Positions 37,731-46,990 of a DNA stretch of 64,000 nt are shown here, one piece after another (position 1 is the first letter of the stretch; each line of letters begins with the position of its first letter). Origin of the DNA: Thermoplasmatota archaeon (GTDB taxonomy: Archaea > Thermoplasmatota > E2 > JACPAO01 > JAHFTW01). The DNA lies in contig JBBSVQ010000040.1 of the NCBI GenBank assembly GCA_038046725.1, positions 9,526 through 73,525 of the forward strand, in the 5' to 3' direction. A program made the position numbers and the translations under genes. The notes beneath the pieces were generated by a model. It searched no databases and was not told the origin of the DNA. It was given only the letters and a program-made list of their open reading frames with translations.

Positions 37731-39422
37731 CTAGGGTTCCGGCGTGCCGAACTTGCCGGCCAGGCGGGAGCCCTTCGGCCAGCCACCGGACGTCGCCTGC
37801 ACCTCGAGGCCGGGCCGGATGGCGCCCGTCGGGCACGCATCGAAGCAGGCGCCGTCGGCGATGCACAAGTCGCGATCCACGCGGGCCATGTCGGTGACGA
37901 TGGCGGCGTCCGTGGGGCATGCGGCTTGGCAGCCGTTGCACACGATGCAGTCCGCGGCGAGCACCCAGGCCTTCTTCTCCTCCGGGAGGGTCTTGGCGAA
38001 GGCCTTCACTGCGGGAACGTCCTTCGGGTTGCCAGTGAACTTGCCACCGACAGCCTCGGGCGCGACAACCGCCGCGGGGCTCGACGCGGGCGTGGGCGGA
38101 GCCGGCGTGGCCGCGGGGGCCTTCGCCTGCTTGGGCGCCTCGTGCACGACGGGCGATGCCGCCTGCGGCACAGAGCCCACAGAGGACACCGAGTCAGACT
38201 TCTGCGCGCTCTGTGCCTTGGGGAGCGGGGTAGCCGCGGTCCCCGGCGGGGGCACGGCGGCCGGCTTGGTTCCCGACTTCACCGCGCGCTCGGCGGCGGC
38301 CTGACGGTCGGCGTCGAGGGTGTCCTTCGTGGGCACCATCCACTTGGCGGTGGCGAGCTTGCGTTTGTTGGCCTCCGCGATGAGGGCGTCCACGTGGCCC
38401 TTCCAGTCGCCGACGAGGCCGAGATCGGAGTACTGGAAGATGGCGGCGCTCGGGTCGGAGTTGATGGCGATGATGGTGCCCGACTCCTTCATGCCCTCGA
38501 TGTGCTGGATGGCGCCGGAGATGCCGACGGCGATGTACAGCTTGGGACGGACCGAGATGCCGGTCTGGCCGACTTGGCGGCCGCGCTCCATCCAGCCCTT
38601 GTCGGCGACGGGGCGCGAGCAGGCGACTTGGCCTCCCAGGGCCTGGGCGAGCTCCTCGAGCTTGGCGAAGCCTTCCGGGCCGCCGATGCCGACGCCGCCG
38701 GCGACGAGGACGTCGGCCTTCGTGATGTCGGCCTTGACGTCATCGACGACGTAGGAGATGACTTGGGCGGCGTACGTCTTGCCGTCGAGCCACTTCGTGT
38801 CGGCGTTGTGCACCTTGCCCGACCGCTTGGTGTCGGGGTGGAGGGGCTTGAAGATGCCGGGGCGCGCCGTGGCCATCTGGGGGCGGTGGCGGTCGCAGCG
38901 AATGGTGGCGAGCATTTTGCCGCCGAAGGCCGGGCGGCGGGCGAGGAGTTCGCCGTTGACGGCGTCGACGTCGAGTTCCGTGCAGTCGGCCGTCATGCCG
39001 GCGTCAAGGGTCGCGGCCACGCGGGACGAGATGTCGCGGCCGGTGTGCGTGGCGCCGATGAGGACGATGTTGGGCTTGTGTTGCTCGATGAGGGCGTTCA
39101 GGACGTCCGTCGAGGGGCGGGCCAGGGGGGTCTTCAGGACAGGGTGCTGCGCCAGGATGACTTCGTCGGCGCCCGCGTGCAGGCACTGGGCGGCGAGGTC
39201 GGTGACTTGGTGGCCAAGGATGACGGCGGTGACCTTGTGGTGCAGCTTCTCCGCCATGGGGCGCGCGGCGCCGAGCAGTTCGAGGGTGACCGGGCGCAGT
39301 TGGCCGTCGCGGTGCTCCACGATGACCCAGACGCCCTTCCAGTCCGCGAAGGAGTCGCAGGGTTTGCAGGCGCGGAACTGGATGGCGTCGTAGCGGCTCC
39401 CCTTGCGACGGGACCGATCCAC
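37731..39422 (-). CDS. etfA: Electron transfer flavoprotein alpha subunit fused to a C-terminal 2x[4Fe-4S] ferredoxin domain
   Basis: ORF 37731..39512. EtfA core (AVGISGAIQHIEGMKESGTIIAIN), then a 110-aa Ala/Pro-rich linker or so, then CIVCNGCQAACP...CIADGACFDACP. GTG 39422 chosen, start uncertain; upstream codons are hairpin repeat. Confidence 0.85.
   Translation of the reverse strand: MDRSRRKGSRYDAIQFRACKPCDSFADWKGVWVIVEHRDGQLRPVTLELLGAARPMAEKLHHKVTAVILGHQVTDLAAQCLHAGADEVILAQHPVLKTPLARPSTDVLNALIEQHKPNIVLIGATHTGRDISSRVAATLDAGMTADCTELDVDAVNGELLARRPAFGGKMLATIRCDRHRPQMATARPGIFKPLHPDTKRSGKVHNADTKWLDGKTYAAQVISYVVDDVKADITKADVLVAGGVGIGGPEGFAKLEELAQALGGQVACSRPVADKGWMERGRQVGQTGISVRPKLYIAVGISGAIQHIEGMKESGTIIAINSDPSAAIFQYSDLGLVGDWKGHVDALIAEANKRKLATAKWMVPTKDTLDADRQAAAERAVKSGTKPAAVPPPGTAATPLPKAQSAQKSDSVSSVGSVPQAASPVVHEAPKQAKAPAATPAPPTPASSPAAVVAPEAVGGKFTGNPKDVPAVKAFAKTLPEEKKAWVLAADCIVCNGCQAACPTDAAIVTDMARVDRDLCIADGACFDACPTGAIRPGLEVQATSGGWPKGSRLAGKFGTPEP
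38167..38217. repeat. 9-nt-unit hairpin element, GCAGAG/CACAGAG variant, inside the etfA linker coding region
   Basis: GGCACAGAG-CCCACAGAG-GACACCGAG tcag ACTTCTGCG-CGCTCTGTGCC. Translated on the minus strand as KAQSAQKSDSVSSVGSVPQ. Confidence 0.7.
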
Positions 39423-39490
39423 CGATGACACCGATGTCACCGATGCGGTTGCCGTGCCGGCCATCGGTGTCATCGGTGACATCGGTGGAT
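39416..39490. repeat. 9-nt-unit hairpin element, CACCGATG variant (ATCC ends distal)
   Basis: ATCCACCGATG-ACACCGATG-TCACCGATG cggttgccgtgccggc CATCGGTG-TCATCGGTG-ACATCGGTGGAT. Lies between etfB and etfA. Confidence 0.9.
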
Positions 39491-39508
39491 TCGTTTCGTG
39501 GGCGGGAG

Positions 39509-40414
39509 TCACTGGCCCACGCTCCCGCGTGTGAACAGTTCATTGACGAGTTCGCCGGCGTTACCGAGTTTCTTTGCGTGGCGCTCGAAACCGCTCGAGA
39601 TATCGACCTTGCCGACGATGGTGGGGCTGCCCTTGAGGCCGACCCAGGAAGGGTCCTTGATGTCGGTCAGGTCCGCGAGGCTCCAGACGACGAGTTGCGT
39701 CTGGGCGCCCTTGACTTTGCCGTTGAGGGTGGCGATGCGCGGCGTGTTGATCTTCAACTCGCACGTCAAGGCGACGGGCAGCGGGAGGCGGAGGGTCTCG
39801 TGGCCGCCGCCGATGGAACGGACCGCGGTCACGGTCTCGGACACCGGGTCGAACTCGGCGCTGTGGATGTAGGTCGCCTGCTCGGTGTCGAGTTGGCCTG
39901 CGACGCCGGGGCCGACTTGGCCCGTGGAGGCGTCCGTGGTCTCCTCGCCGAAGAGGATGATGTCGACGTCGCCCCAGGTCTTGCTGATCTTCTTGATGCC
40001 GGCCGAGAGCGTCATGCTCGTCGGCCAAGTGTCGGCGCCGGCAAAGGCACGGTCCGTGATGAGCACGCCGCGGTCGGCGCCGCGGGCGACGCATTCGCGC
40101 AGCATGATGTCGAAGAACGGGGGGCCCATGGTGACCACAGAGACCTGGGCGCCGAAGCGGTCCTTGAACTGCAAGGCCATCTCGAAGGCGTTCTCGTCGG
40201 GGGGGTTGATGATGTTCTTGACCTTGGTGCGGTCGAGCGTCTTCTTGACGGGATCGATGGTCAAGTCGGTGGCGTCCGGCGTCATCTTCATGCAGACGAC
40301 GACGTGCAGCGGGCGGCCGAGCGAAGGGATGTTGACGGGCTGCGAGACCCTGCGGCTGGCGGCCTGCGGGGTTCCCTTTTGGGCTCCGTTGCTCGACGGG
40401 GGGACCGAAGTCAT
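39509..40414 (-). CDS. etfB: Electron transfer flavoprotein beta subunit
   Basis: ORF track. VVVCMKMTPD...NPPDENAFEMAL...DIILFGEETTD, typical EtfB. N-terminal extension of about 35 aa. Confidence 0.9.
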   Translation of the reverse strand: MTSVPPSSNGAQKGTPQAASRRVSQPVNIPSLGRPLHVVVCMKMTPDATDLTIDPVKKTLDRTKVKNIINPPDENAFEMALQFKDRFGAQVSVVTMGPPFFDIMLRECVARGADRGVLITDRAFAGADTWPTSMTLSAGIKKISKTWGDVDIILFGEETTDASTGQVGPGVAGQLDTEQATYIHSAEFDPVSETVTAVRSIGGGHETLRLPLPVALTCELKINTPRIATLNGKVKGAQTQLVVWSLADLTDIKDPSWVGLKGSPTIVGKVDISSGFERHAKKLGNAGELVNELFTRGSVGQ

Positions 40415-40507
40415 GGCTGCACCGGTTGGGCCTGGCCCCGGCTCAACGCTGGAACCGGCCCTGGCTGCGCCGACTTGGGGGGGTCATTTAAGCGGTGCGA
40501 CCCCGGC

Positions 40508-40798
40508 CTAGGGCAGGCCGTTGAGGTAGTCGGCGATGACTTGGCCATGGCAGGGCTTTGGCACACAGAAGCAACCCAGGCGCTTGCCCTTGAGGGCGAG
40601 CACCTTCGCTTTGAACACGGGATCCTCGGCGAGGCGCTTGTGGAAGTAGCCGCGGTACTGCTCAATGACCTGCAGGCGAATCTCCTCGCGGTTGACCCAG
40701 TAGGGGTTTCCGAAGGTGCCGTCCTGCCCCGGCCGCGGCTTGCCGATGTACACGTCGTACGGCGCGGTCCGCAGGTTCACGACCGTCGTGGCGGACAT
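40508..40798 (-). CDS. DUF4326-like small protein
   Basis: ORF track. VYIGKPRPG...GNPY...RLGCFCVPKPCHGQVI resembles DUF4326. Confidence 0.6.
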   Translation of the reverse strand: MSATTVVNLRTAPYDVYIGKPRPGQDGTFGNPYWVNREEIRLQVIEQYRGYFHKRLAEDPVFKAKVLALKGKRLGCFCVPKPCHGQVIADYLNGLP

Positions 40799-40807
40799 GC
40801 GGGGCCG

Positions 40808-41191
40808 CTACCCGTAGCGGTAGTTGACGCCGAAACTGGCCCGGGGGTTATTCCACTTCACGGAGCCCGGCGTGCACACGATGTCGCAGGTGCCGCATTC
40901 GACGCAGTCCTCGTACGTGAACTGCATCTTGTCATTGACGAATTCGAAGCACTTCGCCGGGCACGAGTTGACGCACATCGTGTGCGGGCACGTCTCGCAG
41001 ATCTCCGGGTCCACGGTGATGTGTTGGTACTCGTGCGCGTCCGTGACGAACTTGGAGGTGCCGAGTCGGGCCTTGACGTCCAAGATGGGCAGTTTGGCCA
41101 GGATGGAGGGCTCGCCGGCTGCGAAACGCGGCTTCGGGGCCGTGGTCGGGCCAGTCTGGGCGGGCGCGTGCGCTGCGGGGGCGTGCGACAT
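40808..41191 (-). CDS. fixX: Ferredoxin-like protein FixX
   Basis: C-terminal 127 aa of ORF 40808..41587. CETCPHTMCVNSCPAKC...CVECGTCDIVC. Start overlaps the fixC stop. Confidence 0.85.
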   Translation of the reverse strand: MSHAPAAHAPAQTGPTTAPKPRFAAGEPSILAKLPILDVKARLGTSKFVTDAHEYQHITVDPEICETCPHTMCVNSCPAKCFEFVNDKMQFTYEDCVECGTCDIVCTPGSVKWNNPRASFGVNYRYG

Positions 41192-42504
41192 TAGAGGTTC
41201 ACTCCCGCGCTGAGGCCGTCGGCGGCCAAGTCGGTGGCCTTGATGCCGTGCTTCTTCATGGCGCCGCGCAAGTGGTCGCGCAGTTTCTTCTTCGGGCCCT
41301 CGGCGGCCAGCATCGACTTGAAGGTCGAGGCCAGGAAGTCCGGGTACTTCTGGAAGAGGCGCGGGTTCCACATGAATTTCCCGACGTTCTTGAAGCGCTC
41401 GAAGTCGGATACGACGCCGTCCTTCTCGAGGATGCGCTCGTAGGCCTGCAGGGTGACGGCCGTGAAGTCGCCCTTGCCGATGGCGTGCACGCAGGCGTCG
41501 GCGGCGGCGATGCCGCTGCGCACGGCGTAGTTCATGCCCTGGATGACGATGCCATTGCTGAAGCAGAATCCCGCCGCGTCGCCGCACACGAGGACACCGT
41601 CCTGGTAGAACTCGGAGAAGCTGGCGTAGCCGCCCTCGGGAACGAGGTGCGCGCCGTACTCGACCATCTCCGCACCCTTGACGAGTTGCTGGATGTACGG
41701 GTGGTTGCGGAACTGCTCGATGATGTGGTGCGTGGTCAATTCGCCCTGGCCCTTCATCGTCTTGAGGTTGATGACGACGCCCAGCGAGAGCGTGTCCGCG
41801 TTCGTGTACAGGAAGCCGCCGGCCATGACGCCGTCACTGCGGCCGAGGACGAATTCGCCCGCCATGCCGCCGTCGGCGCCGACGTGGAAGCGGTCCTCGA
41901 TGACGTTGCGCGGGAGCTTGAGGACTTCCTTGACGCCGAGGGCGTAGTGGTCCATGTCGAGCTTCTTGTCGCCGTGGCGCAAGTCGCCCTGGAGCGTGAG
42001 GCGGGAGTTTGCCCCGTCGGCGACGATGACGACGTTGGCGCGCGTGACTTCGCCGGATTGGATGACGCCGACGACGTGGCCGTTCTCGCGGTGCAGGCCC
42101 TCGACGTTGACGCCCGAGATGACCGTCGCGCCGGCTTTGCGGGCCTGGTCGACGAGCCACTTGTCGGTCTTGGCGCGCAGGACGGCGACGCCGACGCCTT
42201 CGGCCTTCATGCCGGCGTCGTGGTAGTCGATGACGAAGGCCGGGCCCTTCTCCGAGAGGAAGCCGACCTTCTTGTTCGTGACCGGGCGCTCGGAGGGGAA
42301 CGTGGCCTTCCAGTCGGGCAGGATCCTCGCGAGGTCGTTGCCCCACAGGATGCCGCCGGACAGGTTCTTGGCGCCGCCTTCGTCGGCGCGTTCGACGAGG
42401 AGGACCTTGACGCCTTTCTGGGCGAGGCGGATGGCGGCCGAGCATCCGGCGAAGCCGGCGCCGACGACGATGACCTGGAAGCCTTGGTTGGAGGTCGTGC
42501 TCAC
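41191..42504 (-). CDS. fixC: FAD-dependent oxidoreductase FixC (ETF-quinone oxidoreductase-like)
   Basis: ORF track. VIVVGAGFAGCSAAIRLAQKG FAD fold and overall FixC/EtfX-partner architecture. Confidence 0.88.
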   Translation of the reverse strand: MSTTSNQGFQVIVVGAGFAGCSAAIRLAQKGVKVLLVERADEGGAKNLSGGILWGNDLARILPDWKATFPSERPVTNKKVGFLSEKGPAFVIDYHDAGMKAEGVGVAVLRAKTDKWLVDQARKAGATVISGVNVEGLHRENGHVVGVIQSGEVTRANVVIVADGANSRLTLQGDLRHGDKKLDMDHYALGVKEVLKLPRNVIEDRFHVGADGGMAGEFVLGRSDGVMAGGFLYTNADTLSLGVVINLKTMKGQGELTTHHIIEQFRNHPYIQQLVKGAEMVEYGAHLVPEGGYASFSEFYQDGVLVCGDAAGFCFSNGIVIQGMNYAVRSGIAAADACVHAIGKGDFTAVTLQAYERILEKDGVVSDFERFKNVGKFMWNPRLFQKYPDFLASTFKSMLAAEGPKKKLRDHLRGAMKKHGIKATDLAADGLSAGVNL

Positions 42505-42608
42505 GTGCGCCCTTCCTTGGCGGCGCGACAGAGGGGCGGTTTATGAGGAAAGCGGGGCGGCCTAGCCCACATCCAGGACGCGGTCAAGCAACATGCTCAT
42601 GGTCTGCC

Positions 42609-42796
42609 CGCGCGCGCTCCTGGCCCCAACCGTGCAACAGCTTCCGACGCCGACGGCGGCGGTTTGCACCACCAAGACTCGAAGCAGCGCGCGAAGCGCG
42701 CCGAGGCGGCGCCCCGCGCCGCGGCCAATCTCTGGCTTGTGAGCGTCGTCGGAGTCGTCACAAGGAGGTTGAATTCTGTGGCAATGAACGGGCGCC
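42609..42796 (+). mobile_element. MITE-like repeat core, copy F
   Basis: Left end GCGCGCGCTCC (diverged), right end GAACGGGCGCC, central hairpins conserved. Confidence 0.6.
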
Positions 42797-42877
42797 GGCA
42801 TGACGTTTGGGGGGATTGGCGAAAGGCGCGGCAAGACGGCGGTTCTTGCCGATGCCGGCCCCTTTAGGCGTTCGTCG

Positions 42878-43648
42878 TCACTCGTCGTGGCCTTCGCCGG
42901 GCGGGTGGTTGTGGAACTCGTGCCCCGGCTCGTCCGGCATCACGGGGAACGTCTCCACGAACTTGATGGCCTTGCCCTTGCCCGTGGCGCGGCGCACGTC
43001 GGCGACGACGCGGAACTTCGCCATCGCCCAGTTCTGGTCGAACGTGACCTGGGCGGGGACCTCGATGGTGACTGCGTCCTTGCTGACCTCGAATTTGTAG
43101 GAGTCCTTCGGGAACAAGTTGTCCAGGACCGCAGTGAGCTTCTCCTTCTCATCCGTGACGATGCTGCGGATGGTGTACTCGTAGGTGAGGTCCTTGCCGG
43201 CGAGGTCGTGGTTCGTGTCCACGCGCACGCGGCCGCCCGCGACCTGGGTCACGACGCCACGCTCGTTGCCGAGGTTGAGCTGCATGCCCACCTGCGGCTC
43301 GACCTTCTGCGACTTGAACTTGGCCATGGGGATGGTTTGGACCTTCTTCGGGTCGCGGGCGCCGTAGGCGTCCTCGGCCTTGATGTCGGTCTTGACGGCG
43401 GCACCAGTCTTGCCGTGCGAGCGGATGTGCGACTCGAGGCCCTTGATGATCTGCGAGGCGCCGAGGGTGACGGTGATGGGCTTGTAGCCGCGGCCCTCGC
43501 GGTGGATGTTGTTCGCCTTGGCGACGTCCTCCTGCGAGGTTTCGACGAGCTTGCCGTCGACCCAGAGCGTGTAGTCGAAGCGGATCACGTCGCCGTCCTT
43601 CAGTCCGGCGGGGGCGGTCTGCGTGGTGGCGGCATCCTTGGAGGCCAT
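42878..43648 (-). CDS. FKBP-type peptidyl-prolyl isomerase (long archaeal type)
   Basis: C-terminal 256 aa of ORF 42878..43879, from ATG 43648. DGDVIRFDYTLWVDGKLVETS...GASQIIKGLE...HDLAGKDLTYEYTI. TTTTTGTA box 23 nt upstream. Confidence 0.85.
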   Translation of the reverse strand: MASKDAATTQTAPAGLKDGDVIRFDYTLWVDGKLVETSQEDVAKANNIHREGRGYKPITVTLGASQIIKGLESHIRSHGKTGAAVKTDIKAEDAYGARDPKKVQTIPMAKFKSQKVEPQVGMQLNLGNERGVVTQVAGGRVRVDTNHDLAGKDLTYEYTIRSIVTDEKEKLTAVLDNLFPKDSYKFEVSKDAVTIEVPAQVTFDQNWAMAKFRVVADVRRATGKGKAIKFVETFPVMPDEPGHEFHNHPPGEGHDE

Positions 43649-43670
43649 GGCTGCGGCGACAAGGGGCGGG

Positions 43671-43678
43671 TACAAAAA
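43671..43678 (-). promoter_or_regulatory. TTTTTGTA TATA-like box upstream of the FKBP gene
   Basis: 23 nt upstream of ATG 43648. Confidence 0.35.
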
Positions 43679-43713
43679 CCCGGTTCCGCGGGCACCTGAC
43701 GACTCCCGAACCG

Positions 43714-43786
43714 GGATTGCGGTGATGACGGTGACGCCGGCCCTGGCTCGGCGCACCCCATCACTGGGCATCACCGGAATCACTGG
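43714..43786. repeat. 9-nt-unit hairpin element, GGTGAT/ATCACY variant
   Basis: GGATTGCGGTGATG-ACGGTGACG ... CCATCACTG-GGCATCACC-GGAATCACTGG. About 18 of 24 positions are complementary by eye. Confidence 0.6.
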
Positions 43787-43808
43787 TTGGGTGGTCGAGG
43801 GCGGGAGC

Positions 43809-44120
43809 CTACCATTTCCCTTGGTACTTGAGCCAAGCCGCCACCAGGAGGATGGCGGCGACGAAGACCGTGAGGGCATTGAGGATGATGACCGTCTCCA
43901 GCAAGCCCGCCACGAGAAGCATCAGGCCGAGGGCCGCGATGCCCAGGCCAAGCACGCGGTTTCCGCGCGGGCGAGCCACGGCCAGCACCAAGCCGACGAA
44001 GAGAAGGCCGATGGCGACCGCCGTGTCAATCCAAGGCACAGGCAACAGACCGGCGAAGACGGCGACGCCAAGGACGAGGAGAAGCCGCGCAACGGTGCCT
44101 TCAGAGAGCTCCTGCGTCAA
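43809..44120 (-). CDS. Small membrane protein
   Basis: ORF track. Three or four hydrophobic helices. Confidence 0.55.
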   Translation of the reverse strand: MTQELSEGTVARLLLVLGVAVFAGLLPVPWIDTAVAIGLLFVGLVLAVARPRGNRVLGLGIAALGLMLLVAGLLETVIILNALTVFVAAILLVAAWLKYQGKW

Positions 44121-44131
44121 GCGTCAGCGCC

Positions 44132-44440
44132 CTACATCTTTCCGACGAGCTTCAGGACGCCGACGACGATGAGGATGATGGCGACGATGGTGATGAGCAT
44201 GTTCGCAATGCCGTCGAGGAAGTTCAATCCGAGACTCGCGAGGATCGCGATCGCGCCGAGCACGATGAGTGTCCACGCCAACCAGGAGGCGCCGGAGACC
44301 TTGCCCGTCAGGATCAGAATCCCCACCACGAGCAGCAAGACGCCCAGGATCAACGTCAAGTACGGGATGTTGAGCCAGCCCAGCAGGAGAAGGGCGCCGA
44401 CGACGATGAGGACGATTCCGAGGATCTTGTTGTTTTCCAC
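44132..44440 (-). CDS. Small membrane protein
   Basis: ORF track. Four hydrophobic helices, GTG start. TTTAAT box 24 nt upstream. Confidence 0.55.
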   Translation of the reverse strand: MENNKILGIVLIVVGALLLLGWLNIPYLTLILGVLLLVVGILILTGKVSGASWLAWTLIVLGAIAILASLGLNFLDGIANMLITIVAIILIVVGVLKLVGKM

Positions 44441-44463
44441 GGCCTTGACAATTGCCGGGCCCC

Positions 44464-44469
44464 ATTAAA
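44464..44469 (-). promoter_or_regulatory. TTTAAT TATA-like box upstream of the small membrane protein gene
   Basis: 24 nt upstream of GTG 44440. Confidence 0.3.
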
Positions 44470-44503
44470 CCGTTGCAACTTGCGCCGGAGCCTCGCGCAG
44501 CCG

Positions 44504-44968
44504 TCAGCAGGGCCCGGTCTTGGAGTCGTAGATGCAGTCCCCGCCCTCGGATTCGTACAGCGTCGTCCGCTGCGTGCGGATGCGGTACTCCACGAAGTTG
44601 CCCGGCTCGAGGAGGAGGCACTGCGTGACGGGGATGCCGCGCACCGTGTGTTCGAGGCCAAACTGCTTCGTCCGCACCGTGACCTCCAGAACGTCGCAAC
44701 GCGTGTCCTCGACGGTGGCGTCCACCTTGTAGTCCGCGACGTAGAGCAGGGCCCCGAGGATGGCGACGAGGAACAGGACCGAAAACAGGAAGCCCGCGAC
44801 CCGGCCGAGCACCTTTCGGGGCCCCCGCTTGCCAACCGGCCGGGCGGGAACGGCTTCAGGCGTCGGCGACTGCTCGTCGGCGTCGACCACCCCGCCCTCG
44901 GCGCTTGCTTGCCCCGGCTCGGGGTCGGCGTCGAACCCGCCGACGTCTTCAGGCGTCTTCCGGGGCAT
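44504..44968 (-). CDS. Membrane-anchored protein, function unknown
   Basis: ORF track. Disordered N-terminus, one TM helix, Cys-containing C-terminal domain. Start overlaps the ABCE1 3' end by 20 nt. Confidence 0.55.
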   Translation of the reverse strand: MPRKTPEDVGGFDADPEPGQASAEGGVVDADEQSPTPEAVPARPVGKRGPRKVLGRVAGFLFSVLFLVAILGALLYVADYKVDATVEDTRCDVLEVTVRTKQFGLEHTVRGIPVTQCLLLEPGNFVEYRIRTQRTTLYESEGGDCIYDSKTGPC

Positions 44969-46733
44969 AGTAGTACTCCCCAGCCTGCCGTTGCTCGCGG
45001 TCGAGTCGGGAATCGGTCTTGTTGATGCGCGGCCGCCGCGTCTCGTTGTCCCGGCGGAACGTCACGCCGACGTCCTTCAGGAACCGGTTCATGCCGTTGC
45101 GCAGCGTGTGCGGGCCGGTGGCGTGCCCCTTCTTTCCCGGCTCCCCGCCGAAGACCATCATGGAGTCCGAGACGAGGTCGAGGAAGTACACGTCGTGGTC
45201 CACGATGAGGGCGCTGCGGCCCTTCTTCTCCATGACGCGCCGGATGGTCTTGGCGGCATTGATGCGCTGGTTGACGTCCAGGTACGCTGACGGCTCGTCG
45301 AGCAAGTACATGTCCGCATCGCGGTAGAGGGCGAGCGAAACGGCAACGCGCTGCAGTTCGCCACCGGACAGGCGGCTGACGTCCTTGTCGAGGAGGGTCT
45401 TCAGGGTCATGGGGCGGAAAATCTCGCTCTGGTAGAACCCCGACGTCATCAGTTCGGGGGCCTGGGCCGCAATCATCTCGCGCACCGTGCCGTCGAATTC
45501 CGCCTTGATGTACTGCGGCTTGTACGCCACCGACACCTTGCCCAATTTGGTGCCGCCGTCCGGCTCCATGACGCCGGCGAGAATCTTGACGAACGTCGTC
45601 TTGCCCGTCCCGTTGGGACCGACGACGCCCACGACCTCCGCGCGGTGGATGGTGCCCGCGTCGGCCGAGAGCTGGAAGCCGCCAAGGTCCTTCGTGATGG
45701 CCGGGAAGTCCAGGAGATCCATCAATTCATGCGCCTGCTTGGGCGGATGAGCCTCGAAGCGGATGGCCTCCTCGCGCACCCGAATGTTCTCCTCGTGCAG
45801 GAACCCCTCCAGGTACGTGTTGATGCCGTGGCGCACGTTGCGCGCCTCCGTGATCACGCCGTACGTGCCCTCCTCGCCGTACACAAGGTGAACCTGCTCC
45901 GTGAGGAAATCGAGGACGGCAAGGTCATGCTCGATGACGATGACGCGCTTCTTCGTGGCCAGGTCCTGGATGACCTGGGCGACGCGCAAGCGCTCATGGA
46001 TGTCGAGGTACGACGACGGCTCGTCGAAGAAGTACACGTCCGCGTCCTTCAGCAGCGTCGCCGCAATGGCGATGCGCTGCAATTCGCCGCCCGACACCTG
46101 GTCCATCTGGCGGTCGAGGACCCCCGAGATGTTGAGCCGGGGCACGACGAGGTCCCAGCGGCCATCCGTATCGGTCTTCTTCAGGAGCTCGCGCACGCTC
46201 CCCTTGAAGGCCTTCGGGAGCTGGTCCACGTACTGCGGCTTGCGGGCGGTGCGCACGCCCTTGTCGACGACCATCTTGAGGTAGTCGCCGAGTTCGGTGC
46301 CCTTGTACTTCGCGAGGATGCCGTCCCACGTGGCCTCGGCCTCCCAGTTGCCCATGTTGGGAATCTCTTCGCCGGCCAGGATGCGGATGGCCGTCGTCTT
46401 GCCCATGCCGTTGGGGCCCAGGATGCCGGTCGCGGCGCCGAGACGGGGCACGGGGAGTTGGAAGAGACGGAAGCCATTCTTGCCGTACTGGTGCACGAGG
46501 TCGTCGCCGAGCTGCTCGGGCAGGCCGATGATGCGGATGGCATCGAAGGGGCACTTGTTGACGCAGATGCCGCACCCGATGCACAGCTCCTCCGAGATGA
46601 CGGGCTTGCCCTTCTCCGGGTCCATCTTGATGGTGTCCACCACCCCCGACCGCACGGGCGGGCAGAACCGGATGCACTCCTGCTGGCACTTCTTCGGTTG
46701 GCACCGGTCGGCCAGAAGGACAGCAATGCGCAC
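44949..46733 (-). CDS. ABCE1 / RNase L inhibitor (ribosome recycling ATPase)
   Basis: ORF track. N-terminal Fe-S domain CQPKKCQQECIRFCP...CIGCGICVNKCP plus two ABC domains. Confidence 0.95.
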   Translation of the reverse strand: MRIAVLLADRCQPKKCQQECIRFCPPVRSGVVDTIKMDPEKGKPVISEELCIGCGICVNKCPFDAIRIIGLPEQLGDDLVHQYGKNGFRLFQLPVPRLGAATGILGPNGMGKTTAIRILAGEEIPNMGNWEAEATWDGILAKYKGTELGDYLKMVVDKGVRTARKPQYVDQLPKAFKGSVRELLKKTDTDGRWDLVVPRLNISGVLDRQMDQVSGGELQRIAIAATLLKDADVYFFDEPSSYLDIHERLRVAQVIQDLATKKRVIVIEHDLAVLDFLTEQVHLVYGEEGTYGVITEARNVRHGINTYLEGFLHEENIRVREEAIRFEAHPPKQAHELMDLLDFPAITKDLGGFQLSADAGTIHRAEVVGVVGPNGTGKTTFVKILAGVMEPDGGTKLGKVSVAYKPQYIKAEFDGTVREMIAAQAPELMTSGFYQSEIFRPMTLKTLLDKDVSRLSGGELQRVAVSLALYRDADMYLLDEPSAYLDVNQRINAAKTIRRVMEKKGRSALIVDHDVYFLDLVSDSMMVFGGEPGKKGHATGPHTLRNGMNRFLKDVGVTFRRDNETRRPRINKTDSRLDREQRQAGEYYYAPEDA

Positions 46734-46785
46734 AGGTTGGCCAGGTGCCCTCTGATTTCAAGGGTTCGATGGGTGGCGGCACGAC

Positions 46786-46985
46786 GGCGCGCGTTCCAAC
46801 TTGCGACCGAATGGCGCTTTCTCCGCCGACGGTGGCGGCTTGCCCAGGGATGCGTTGGCGAAGCGGCGCGCGTAGCGCGCCGAGGCGACGCCCCGCGCCG
46901 CCAAGGGACGTCATCAGAGGCTTGACGGCGGCGTCGGCGTCGCCGTCAGAAGGAGGTTGACTGGCGTGGCGCCCGAACGGGCGCG
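46786..46985 (+). mobile_element. MITE-like repeat core, copy G
   Basis: GGCGCGCGTTCC ... GAACGGGCGCG. Lies between the ABCE1 start and the MBL hydrolase. Confidence 0.65.
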
Positions 46986-46990
46986 GTCGA

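Noticed and set aside
39416-39490. Possibility that the short periodic repeats are CRISPR arrays.
   Set aside because: The units are only 9 nt, directly abutting without unique spacers, limited to three per arm and arranged as inverted repeats. No cas genes are in the window.
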